Source: an archaeon (GTDB lineage: Archaea > Nanobdellota > Nanobdellia > Pacearchaeales > GW2011-AR1). From it: DNA of 64,000 bases. Where the stretch lies: the NCBI GenBank assembly GCA_018697295.1, contig JABHTJ010000001.1, positions 66,305-130,304 on the forward strand. The letters run 5' to 3'. The position numbers and the translations under genes are program-made. The notes below the pieces were generated by a model. The model did not search any database. It was not told the DNA's origin and worked only from the letters and a program-made list of their open reading frames with translations. The stretch's first letter is position 1; each line of letters opens with the position of its first letter. Below are positions 45,938-53,766 of the stretch, piece by piece.

Positions 45938-47350
45938 CTAAAATACTCTAATGCCCCAAAAGACCATCATCAAAACAAAAATTAGAATAATTGATTTCGT
46001 CATCCATTTAAACAATCTCTTTGCAGCCCTTTCTCTTCCAAAAATTCCCCAAACGGCAAGATAGAAGAATCGGCCACCATCAAGCATTCCAAGAGGAAGC
46101 ATATTAAATAATGCGACAAGCAAATTAATAATCATTACCCACCATAAGAAGTGATAGATAAACCATACAAAGTCTCCATCCCACGACGGTTTATAATATG
46201 TCGAAGGATCTTTAAATTTAGCAAAAGTGTATAAAAACTTTTGAACTAAACCTTTTGGATTAGGAGTATTATGCCCCACGCCAAGATATGCTCTGCCAGA
46301 ACCATCGGGGTGACTTGCAAGAGTTAGTGAATATTCTTCAGTTACCCAATCATCAATTTCTGTCACAAAAGTAACTTCATCTCCAGGATTTTTATTTTGT
46401 AAAAATTCGGTCAAGTCTTCATGTTGTCTTATTTTCATATTCTCTGCCATGATAATCGCACCTTTCATCCTAGCAAGAACTGCAGGAGCTTCGGGATAGA
46501 CTATCATTTGAGTAAGATTAATCATATCTCTTTGGACGGAGAGTCCTTCATCAATATAATAGGTTCCATTCAAAGTCATAACTTTTGTAAAATTATTCTC
46601 AACTTCTTCAAAGCCTGTTATGTCCTCTAGGGGAATGGACGTGACACCGTAACTCGTAAAAATATATCCTGATGCCGTAAATGAAGAAAAGAAAAATCCA
46701 ACATAAAGTAGCCAAAAGATAAATGCGAATAATGCGTTTGCAAAAACACCTGCGGCCAATATGACCATCTGATTACTCTTCGATTTTTCTTCAAAACTTT
46801 TATCTTCTTGTTCGACAAAAGCTCCAAGGATTGGTCCAAGGAAAACAAGACCTGTAGATTTTATTTTTACACCATATAACTTCATAAAAATTCCGTGGCT
46901 AAATTCGTGAACAAATGCGACAATTGCAAGTGCAACAATAAAATAGATAAAATAAAATGGGGGGAAAATACTGCTCATTCCAAATATCTTCGGGAAATAA
47001 GGAATAAGTGGGGCAATCGGAGGAGCTTTGATAACTTTGGTTATTTCTGGTCGAGAAATATAGAGCCATAAAGTTTGGCCAAGCATCCACGTCATCACAC
47101 CCATTAAAACAAATCCGAGACTAATAATTGCATATTTGAGTGAATGTAATTGTTTCTTAAATTTTTCTCCAAACCAATTAATCGCCTTTACACCGACTTG
47201 CGTTCGATACATAAAAATAATTCCTTCTCGAGTCAAGTTTTTCTTTTTCGTTCGTTTAAGAAAAATCCAAACAAAGAGTGAAAATAGAATTAACAAACTA
47301 ATATCAAAAACCTCTATAAGGTTAAAGTTAAGTCCAAAAATATTCACCAT
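45938..47350 (-). CDS. Site-2 protease family (peptidase M50) with PDZ-like insert
   Basis: HEFSHGIFMKLYGV (HExxH in a TM helix) and NMLPLGMLDGGRF (NxxPxxxLDG). Confidence 0.85.
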   Translation of the reverse strand: MVNIFGLNFNLIEVFDISLLILFSLFVWIFLKRTKKKNLTREGIIFMYRTQVGVKAINWFGEKFKKQLHSLKYAIISLGFVLMGVMTWMLGQTLWLYISRPEITKVIKAPPIAPLIPYFPKIFGMSSIFPPFYFIYFIVALAIVAFVHEFSHGIFMKLYGVKIKSTGLVFLGPILGAFVEQEDKSFEEKSKSNQMVILAAGVFANALFAFIFWLLYVGFFFSSFTASGYIFTSYGVTSIPLEDITGFEEVENNFTKVMTLNGTYYIDEGLSVQRDMINLTQMIVYPEAPAVLARMKGAIIMAENMKIRQHEDLTEFLQNKNPGDEVTFVTEIDDWVTEEYSLTLASHPDGSGRAYLGVGHNTPNPKGLVQKFLYTFAKFKDPSTYYKPSWDGDFVWFIYHFLWWVMIINLLVALFNMLPLGMLDGGRFFYLAVWGIFGRERAAKRLFKWMTKSIILIFVLMMVFWGIRVF

Positions 47351-47402
47351 AAATACAAAAGTTATCCTCGCTTTATAAATTATACATTTTAATTAAAATT
47401 AT

Positions 47403-47567
47403 TTACTTTTTCCGAACAGGTCGAAAATCTTTACTCTTGCATTTCCGGCAACTTGCCTGACCCTTAATAATTTTCTGCGGATCAAGTTTCATCTTATGCT
47501 TACAAACTTTACATACAAATGCATTTTTGTAAAGTCTATTTTGCGCCGCGGGAATTTTTGTTGCCAT
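47403..47567 (-). CDS. rpl40e: Ribosomal protein eL40 (54 aa; absent from the ORF track)
   Basis: Hand translation gives MATKIPAAQNRLYKNAFVCKVCKHKMKLDPQKIIKGQASCRKCKSKDFRPVRKK. It shows the CxxC...CRKC zinc-ribbon pattern of archaeal L40e and lies 4 nt downstream of the aIF5A stop. Confidence 0.75.
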   Translation of the reverse strand: MATKIPAAQNRLYKNAFVCKVCKHKMKLDPQKIIKGQASCRKCKSKDFRPVRKK

Positions 47568-47571
47568 CTTA

Positions 47572-47961
47572 TTACATAACCTTCTTAATTATTTTTTCAT
47601 CTTCGATATCCCAATATTCTACAGTTCCGCCTTCGACAACCGAATTTTTCATTTCTTCAGAAATTGGTAAATCAATATTTTCAAAATTCTCATTATCCAT
47701 TAAACTAGCGATATCTCCAGAAATAGATAGGACTTGTGCCTGTCTTTTATCAATCATTGGAACTTCAAATTTGTCATGTCCAGGAACTACTCCGACTTTC
47801 TTTTTTCCAGTCATAGCAGAAACAGCCTCGAATCTAACTTTCGCATGGCCGTGTTTTCCAGTCTTAGAAACATCCATTTTTTTTACTTGATGAGCAACAT
47901 TATCTAAAAGAACATATGTCCCCAGACGCATTTCCGTTGCCTCAATAACTTTTTGTACCAT
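47572..47961 (-). CDS. eif5a: Translation initiation factor 5A (aIF5A)
   Basis: Hypusine loop SKTGKHGHAKVRFEAV. Confidence 0.92.
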   Translation of the reverse strand: MVQKVIEATEMRLGTYVLLDNVAHQVKKMDVSKTGKHGHAKVRFEAVSAMTGKKKVGVVPGHDKFEVPMIDKRQAQVLSISGDIASLMDNENFENIDLPISEEMKNSVVEGGTVEYWDIEDEKIIKKVM

Positions 47962-48052
47962 AATAGTCAGAAAAAAAATCTATTTATAAAACTTGCTGTT
48001 AAATTTTTTCAACAAACACTAACCTTAAAAACCATTATCCTTTCCTAAAATT

Positions 48053-48703
48053 ATGACAACGAAAAAAAATGACTTCATTGAAGTTGAATTCACTGCAAAA
48101 TTATCTGACGATAATGAAATTTTTGATACAAATATCCAGAGCGTTGCAAAAAAAGCAGAACTTAACACAGAAAATATCAAACCATTTATTTTATCTATTG
48201 GGAATAAGATGTTGCCTTCTGGTTTCGACGAGGATTTAATCGGAAAAGAAGTTGAAAAAGATTATTCTATAAATTTAGTCCCAGAAAATGCCTTTGGTAA
48301 GAGGGATCCAAAAATGGTGCGAATGATTCCAACAAAATTATTTCATGAACAAAATATTGATCCAATAAGAGGGACACAATTATCTCTTGACGGACAATTA
48401 GTAAGAGTTTTATCTTCTTCAGGTGGACGAACATTAATCGACTTCAACAATCCCTTAGCCGGAAAAAACGTAACATATGATTACAAAATAACAAGAACTG
48501 TAACTGATGAAAAAGAAAAAACAGATGCGCTCCAAGAATTTTTATTCAAACAAGTTTTCAAGAGTGAAATCTCAAATGAAAAAGTAATCTTTAGCGTTCC
48601 AAAAAATCACGCTCCGCTCGTAAAAATGTTTATTCCAAAATTTGAAGAAATTTTAGACAAAAAAATCGAAGTTGTAGAAATTGAAGAATCCAAAAAGGAA
48701 TAA
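48053..48703 (+). CDS. FKBP-type peptidyl-prolyl isomerase (SlyD/long archaeal FKBP-like with IF insert)
   Basis: FIEVEFTAKL..EIFDTN, VPENAFGKRDPKMV, IDFNNPLAGKNVTYDYKI. Confidence 0.85.
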   Translation: MTTKKNDFIEVEFTAKLSDDNEIFDTNIQSVAKKAELNTENIKPFILSIGNKMLPSGFDEDLIGKEVEKDYSINLVPENAFGKRDPKMVRMIPTKLFHEQNIDPIRGTQLSLDGQLVRVLSSSGGRTLIDFNNPLAGKNVTYDYKITRTVTDEKEKTDALQEFLFKQVFKSEISNEKVIFSVPKNHAPLVKMFIPKFEEILDKKIEVVEIEESKKE

Positions 48704-48761
48704 TCTAACCCTGCACTCAATAGCATAAATTCTTAAAAACTAATCTTACATCTGCTAAATA

Positions 48762-49889
48762 ATGGAAGATGTTTTAGAAAAAGGGGCGTACGAAGATTCT
48801 ATTCCAAGCCCAGTTATGTCAAGTCAGGCTAATGCGGAAATCGATAGGGAGCTAGAAGCAATCTTAAAACGACAATCTGCAAGAATAAAAGTAATTGGTG
48901 TCGGTGGAGGTGGTGGAAACACTACCTCTCGTATGAGGGAAATTGGAATCAAGGGTGGAGAAATTATTGCAATAAATACTGATGCACAAGATTTACTTTA
49001 TGCAAATGCGGATCAAAAAATCTTAATTGGGCGAGAATTGTCAAAAGGTCTAGGTGCCGGTTCAAATCCGAGAGTCGGAGCAGAAGCAGCAAAAGAACAA
49101 GCCCAAGAAATCAAGAAGAAGTTAGGAAATTCCGATTTAGTTTTTGTCACATGCGGTCTTGGAGGAGGAACTGGGACTGGAGCAGCACCCGTAGTCGCAG
49201 AAATTGCAAAAAAACAAGGCGCATTAGTAATTGGTGTCGTAACACTTCCATTCACCGTAGAAGGTGCAAAACGAATTGAGAACGCAATGGAGGGTCTTGA
49301 AAGAATGGAAGGAATCGTAGACACGTTAATTGTAATTCCTAATGATAAACTCTTAAATTTGGCTCCAGATTTACCGCTTCCAACAGCATTTAAAGTTGCA
49401 GACGAAATCTTGACAAACGCAGTAAAAGGAATAACCGAACTTGTTACTAGTTCGGGATTAGTAAATCTTGATTTTGCAGATATCAAAGCAGTAATGATAA
49501 ATGGTGGTGTCTCTCTTATTGGAATGGGAGAATCAGATTCAAATGATCGAGCAAACGAAGCGGTAGAAAAAGCACTCAATAATCCTCTTCTCGACGTAGA
49601 TATCAAAAATGCTGGAGGTGCCCTGGTAAATGTACTCGGAGGAACGGACCTTTCTCTTGATGAATATAAGCAAGTCGTACAAAGAATTGGAGAGCAATTA
49701 CGTCCTGACGCGAAATTAATTTCAGGTGCCCAAATTTCAAAAGATTTAGAAAAATCAATCAAAGTAATGGTAATAATCACTGGCGTGAAATCTCCTCAAA
49801 TCTCTGGAGAAAAATTCTCGCCAGAAACAGCAAAACGAAAAAGCATCGAAGGAGAACTCGGAATCGAATTCTTTGAGTCAAGTGCTTAA
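48762..49889 (+). CDS. ftsZ: Cell division GTPase FtsZ
   Basis: IKVIGVGGGGGNTTSRM, GLGGGTGTGAAPVVAEIAKK, NLDFADIKAVM. Confidence 0.95.
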   Translation: MEDVLEKGAYEDSIPSPVMSSQANAEIDRELEAILKRQSARIKVIGVGGGGGNTTSRMREIGIKGGEIIAINTDAQDLLYANADQKILIGRELSKGLGAGSNPRVGAEAAKEQAQEIKKKLGNSDLVFVTCGLGGGTGTGAAPVVAEIAKKQGALVIGVVTLPFTVEGAKRIENAMEGLERMEGIVDTLIVIPNDKLLNLAPDLPLPTAFKVADEILTNAVKGITELVTSSGLVNLDFADIKAVMINGGVSLIGMGESDSNDRANEAVEKALNNPLLDVDIKNAGGALVNVLGGTDLSLDEYKQVVQRIGEQLRPDAKLISGAQISKDLEKSIKVMVIITGVKSPQISGEKFSPETAKRKSIEGELGIEFFESSA

Positions 49890-49919
49890 TTTTAAAAACT
49901 ATTAAATCTCTATTCAAAT

Positions 49920-50102
49920 ATGGCAAAGAAAATAATTAGGTCAATAAAATCAAAATATACTCAATACTCTCGAGTTTGGAGACTTTTGAAAAAGCCAAGC
50001 ATGACAGAATTCAAAACAATTTCGAAGGTAACTGCCGTCGGACTTTTAGTCATCGGAGCACTAGGATTCGTAATCTCAATCGCAATGACACTTGCATTTT
50101 AG
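49920..50102 (+). CDS. secE: Protein translocase subunit SecE/Sec61-gamma
   Basis: 60 aa. RVWRLLKKPSMTEFKTISKVTAVGLLVIGALGFVISI. Conserved position upstream of spt5. Confidence 0.8.
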   Translation: MAKKIIRSIKSKYTQYSRVWRLLKKPSMTEFKTISKVTAVGLLVIGALGFVISIAMTLAF

Positions 50103-50183
50103 ATTACCAAAATCTTTTTAAAGCAAATATTTCTATCAATACTATCTAATTCTTAGATTTTTAAGATTTAGCTGGAGCAAAAT

Positions 50184-50873
50184 ATGTCATTTGGATTTGA
50201 AGATGAATTTGATTACCTCAATGAAGAGGAAAATGATAGCGACGCAAAAGATTCTTTTGCACCTAAAATTAAAGGTTCTTCTAAAAAATCATTACTTCCT
50301 GAAGAAGACGCAGACACAGAACCTGCAAAAGATTTAGCTAAAGATGAAGAAAATTTAGAAGAAGAAACTGATGTTGAAGAAAAAAAGGAAGAACCAAAAG
50401 ACACTAGAAAATTCGAATCATTAATCTTTGTGGTAAAAGTAACGACAAATAAGGAAGATAAGGCTCTGGAGATGATTGCCGACAAAGTAAAGAAAAAAGA
50501 AATCGGAATTTATGCACTTGCACTTCCACACGGTCTTCGAGGATATGTATTTTTAGAAGCACCTGATCGAGAACACGCAGAAGAAGCAGTTTTTAATTTA
50601 CCCTATGTAAAAGGAATCATCGGAAAAACCGTTGCATATGCAGAAATAAAACAAATGCTTGAGCCAGTTGCCTCAGAAATCAAAATCGAGAAATCAGATA
50701 TTATTGAAATTATTTCAGAACCTTTCAAAAACGAAAAAGCAAAAGTTGTTCGAATCGATAAAGCAAAAGGCGAATGTGTGGTTTCACTTCTTGGAGCGGC
50801 AGTTCCAATTCCAGTGACTGTAAAACTAGATAACATCCGAGTAATCAGGAGGGAAGAATTAGAAGACGAATAG
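50184..50873 (+). CDS. spt5: Transcription elongation factor Spt5 (NusG) with ~75-aa acidic N-terminal extension
   Basis: NGN domain IFVVKVTTNKEDKALEMIADKV...GYVFLEA. KOW domain FKNEKAKVVRIDKAKGECVVSL. The N-terminus is D/E-rich. Confidence 0.85.
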   Translation: MSFGFEDEFDYLNEEENDSDAKDSFAPKIKGSSKKSLLPEEDADTEPAKDLAKDEENLEEETDVEEKKEEPKDTRKFESLIFVVKVTTNKEDKALEMIADKVKKKEIGIYALALPHGLRGYVFLEAPDREHAEEAVFNLPYVKGIIGKTVAYAEIKQMLEPVASEIKIEKSDIIEIISEPFKNEKAKVVRIDKAKGECVVSLLGAAVPIPVTVKLDNIRVIRREELEDE

Positions 50874-50917
50874 TTACCAACAGGTAATCTTTTAAACAAC
50901 TTCTTTAATAATTTATC

Positions 50918-51568
50918 ATGACATTAATCAAACTTTTAGTTGAAGGCGGAAAAATGAGTCCCGGTCCAGCAGTTGCACAACAATTAGGTCCAATGGGAAT
51001 TAATATGGGCGAAGTAATTTCTAATGTAAATGAAAAGACAAAAGAGTTTGCCGGAGTAACCGTCCCAGTTCATTTAAATGTGGATCCAAAAACAAAAGAA
51101 GTAAAAATCAAAGTTTTATCTCCTCCAACTTCAGAATTAATCAAAAAAGAATTAGGAATCTCAAAAGCCTCAGGTGCACGACTCAAACAAAGGGTTGGGA
51201 ATTTCGCAATTGAACAAGTAATTTCTGTAGCAAAAGCAAAGCACGATAGTATGTTGTCAAATGATTTTTTAGCTTCAGTAAAGTCTGTTGTTGGGACTTG
51301 TCAAGCACTTGGAGTTTTAATAGAAAACAAAGAATCAAAGGAAGTTATGACAGAAATTCTTGAAGGAAAATATGATTCTCAAATTAATAGTCAAAAAACC
51401 AAGGTAGAAGATGAAAAACGAAAAGATTTAGATGCATACTTTAGCGAAATCGCAGAGAAACAAGAAGCAGTTCACAAGGCTGAGGAAGCAGAAAAAGCAG
51501 CCGAAGAAGAAAAGAAAGCTGCAGCGGCAGATAAACCTGAAGAAGCAAAAACAGAAGAAAAGAAATAG
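50918..51568 (+). CDS. rpl11p: Ribosomal protein uL11 with ~60-aa E/K/A-rich C-terminal extension
   Basis: KLLVEGGKMSPGPAVAQQLGPMGINMGEV. Tail EEAEKAAEEEKKAAAADKPEEAKTEEKK. Confidence 0.9.
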   Translation: MTLIKLLVEGGKMSPGPAVAQQLGPMGINMGEVISNVNEKTKEFAGVTVPVHLNVDPKTKEVKIKVLSPPTSELIKKELGISKASGARLKQRVGNFAIEQVISVAKAKHDSMLSNDFLASVKSVVGTCQALGVLIENKESKEVMTEILEGKYDSQINSQKTKVEDEKRKDLDAYFSEIAEKQEAVHKAEEAEKAAEEEKKAAAADKPEEAKTEEKK

Positions 51569-51600
51569 ATTTATTAACTATTTTTTCACCATAAACTCAA

Positions 51601-51673
51601 GGGACCATGGTCTAGCCTGGTATGATTCGAGGTTTGGGACTTCGCGACCCCAGTTCAAATCTGGGTGGTCCCA
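51601..51673 (+). tRNA. tRNA-Pro (anticodon UGG)
   Basis: Acceptor GGGACCA/TGGTCCC. Anticodon stem CGAGG/CTTCG with loop TTTGGGA. T arm CCCAG-TTCAAAT-CTGGG. Discriminator A, no encoded CCA. Confidence 0.85.
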
Positions 51674-51703
51674 TATAATAAATATATTCAATAAACACAA
51701 AAA

Positions 51704-51916
51704 ATGGCAGTAAAGAAGAAAAAAATCGGAGCAGCAGGTCGGTTTGGCGCAGGCTATGGAAAAATTAAGAATAAACTTATTGCAGTTGAAAAAAAGCAAC
51801 GAGTAAAACAAGATTGTCCATTCTGCAAAGGGCGAGCCAAGCGAGCACAAAAAGCTATTTGGGAATGTAAAAAATGTGAGAAAAGATTCGCTGGCGGAGT
51901 ATTCCACCTAGAATAA
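51704..51916 (+). CDS. rpl37ae: Ribosomal protein eL43 (L37Ae)
   Basis: GAAGRFGAGYGKIKNK, zinc ribbon CPFCKG...WECKKCEKRFAGG. Confidence 0.88.
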   Translation: MAVKKKKIGAAGRFGAGYGKIKNKLIAVEKKQRVKQDCPFCKGRAKRAQKAIWECKKCEKRFAGGVFHLE

Positions 51917-51959
51917 TTTCAATCAAAAGAATTAAAAACCCTAAAACACAAAAATTAAA

Positions 51960-52097
51960 ATGTCAGCATACAAATGTTTCCATTGCGGAAGTAAAATCAA
52001 ATCAGAAGACCTCAATAAAAGGTTTGTATGTCCAGATTGTGGTTCAAGAATTTTTTTCAAACCACGAACTAAAATGAAAACAGTAACCTCAGATTAA
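51960..52097 (+). CDS. rpoP: DNA-directed RNA polymerase subunit P (Rpo12; 45 aa; absent from the ORF track)
   Basis: Hand translation gives MSAYKCFHCGSKIKSEDLNKRFVCPDCGSRIFFKPRTKMKTVTSD. It shows CxxC...CxxCGxRI and sits between eL43 and prefoldin beta, as in other archaea. Confidence 0.8.
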   Translation: MSAYKCFHCGSKIKSEDLNKRFVCPDCGSRIFFKPRTKMKTVTSD

Positions 52098-52098
52098 T

Positions 52099-52611
52099 AT
52101 GGAAAATAACGAAGAACAAAATAATAATGAAGAAAAGCACGAATGTTGCGGCTCAGGAAATTGTGGAAGCGGTCACGACCACTCTGATCAAAGTCATGAA
52201 GGACACGATCATTCTGCACACGATCACAGCCATGAAGGACACGACCACGCACCAGTAGATCCTCAAAATCCTTTCGCAAATTTAAGTGAAGATATTCAAA
52301 GAAAAATCCAAGAACTTCAAATGATGGAGCAATCTTTCCAACAATTAATGATGCAAAAAAACACATTTAGCATGGAAATCAATGAAACAGAACATATTCT
52401 TGCAGAAGTAGAAAAAACATCTGGAGAAGTTTCAAGAATTATCGGAAATCAAGTTGTAATCAAATCTACTAAAGAAGACATCTTAGAAGATATGAAAAAG
52501 AAAAAAGAACTCCTAGAAACAAGAATGAAAACAATCGACGAACAAGAAAAAGAGTTTACTGAAAAGATGGAATCTGTTCGTGAAGAAGTAATGAAAGAAA
52601 TCCAAGCATAA
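52099..52611 (+). CDS. pfdB: Prefoldin beta subunit with ~55-aa Cys/His-rich N-terminal extension
   Basis: Coiled-coil core IQRKIQELQMMEQSFQQLMMQK...VVIKSTKEDILEDMKKKKELLETRMKTIDEQEKE. N-terminus CCGSGNCGSGHDHSDQSHEGHDHSAHDHSHEGHDH. The ATG lies 1 nt after the rpoP stop. Confidence 0.75.
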   Translation: MENNEEQNNNEEKHECCGSGNCGSGHDHSDQSHEGHDHSAHDHSHEGHDHAPVDPQNPFANLSEDIQRKIQELQMMEQSFQQLMMQKNTFSMEINETEHILAEVEKTSGEVSRIIGNQVVIKSTKEDILEDMKKKKELLETRMKTIDEQEKEFTEKMESVREEVMKEIQA

Positions 52612-52750
52612 TCTTTCCTAATCCTTTAAAATTCTCGTAATAAATTTTCTCCTCGATAAATAACTTTTTTTATGCATGCTATTCTCCATTTAATTAAAAT
52701 AAATGATAGACTACATAAATATTTAAATACGCAAAGTCTCAATCCACTAT

Positions 52751-53146
52751 ATGGTATTTGATAGATTCAAAAAGATGATGGGCTCAACAGAAGAGGTCGA
52801 ACAAGATTTCATCGAAATCGATTTAGAACAAGAAAAATCTGATTCAAAGGTCTACATCAAAACATTCACACTTAAGGTCTACGAAGACATAAACCCAATT
52901 CTAAACTGTTTAAGAGAAGGATATTCTATCGCAGTAATTGATATTAAACCTCTAAAATCAAAAGATACAATAGAATTACGACGAGCAATTTCAAAAATCA
53001 AGAAAACAGTTGAAGCACTTGAAGGAAAAATCGCAGGATTCGGAGAAAATACTGTTATCGCGACACCTTCAAAAGTATTCGATATTCGAAGAGGCGCAGT
53101 AGAACAAGTAGAAAAACCGAAGAATGATGATTTGGAAAGGTTTTAG
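52751..53146 (+). CDS. sepF: Cell division protein SepF (DUF552)
   Basis: DFIEIDLEQE, then YEDINPILNCLREGYSIAVIDIKPL and KIKKTVEALEGKIAGFGENTVIATPSKV. This matches the archaeal SepF layout. Confidence 0.75.
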   Translation: MVFDRFKKMMGSTEEVEQDFIEIDLEQEKSDSKVYIKTFTLKVYEDINPILNCLREGYSIAVIDIKPLKSKDTIELRRAISKIKKTVEALEGKIAGFGENTVIATPSKVFDIRRGAVEQVEKPKNDDLERF

Positions 53147-53211
53147 TCTAATATAATTATTTTTCTCTTAAGTTATAGTTTTATTCAAAATTCACTCTCT
53201 AATATATAAGA

Positions 53212-53580
53212 CTAAATCTTGGCCATTGCAAAAACAGTCTTCAAGGCTACAATGATCGTTGCAGGAACAAACATCACAAGTAAAGAAACTAAAACATTTC
53301 GAAGAACGCCAACAACATAGTTATTTTTAGCAATAAATATCAGTGGATCATCTCCAAGAGCCCCAACAATCACTAAAGAAATACTAGCAAAAAGGAATGT
53401 CTGAGAATTTTTATCATTAATATTAGCAAAACCTACAACAAGTCCGATCACAACAAGCGCAGAATAAAAGATTCCTCCTGCTTGTTCAAGTGAATTATTA
53501 AAAACGCCAAAAATGATTGCTAGAACTACACCAAACAAAAATGCATATGCACCAATTAAATTTTCTCGTGATTTTACCAT
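53212..53580 (-). CDS. Small 4-TM membrane protein, unknown function
   Basis: The listed start is TTG, and the ATG at 53580 was preferred. Four hydrophobic helices. Confidence 0.4.
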   Translation of the reverse strand: MVKSRENLIGAYAFLFGVVLAIIFGVFNNSLEQAGGIFYSALVVIGLVVGFANINDKNSQTFLFASISLVIVGALGDDPLIFIAKNNYVVGVLRNVLVSLLVMFVPATIIVALKTVFAMAKI

Positions 53581-53734
53581 GAACAATCAAACATTCCAAA
53601 ATATATAAATATATTGTTAACTCAGTTTCCATATATTTGCGCAAAATAAGTATTCGTCAGCGTCGATGAAACATCAAAAACTAGGGATAAATTCCCTCAT
53701 TTCAAACAAAGGTTATTTTCAAACTACCAAAAAC

Positions 53735-53742
53735 TTTATAAA
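53735..53742 (+). promoter_or_regulatory. TATA box candidate for the surface-protein/archaeosortase pair
   Basis: AAAACTTTATAAAG lies 25-32 nt upstream of the ATG at 53767 (leaderless-type spacing). Confidence 0.4.
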
Positions 53743-53766
53743 GTGTAGTAATTACAAAATTACAAC

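Noticed and set aside
47519-47890. 123-aa plus-strand ORF
   Set aside because: It is antisense to aIF5A (hypusine motif present on the minus strand) and to the eL40 gene.
49013-49780. 255-aa ORF antisense to ftsZ
   Set aside because: It is fully contained in the unmistakable ftsZ gene. Its S/P/F/I-rich low-complexity translation has no motif, so it is a typical shadow ORF.
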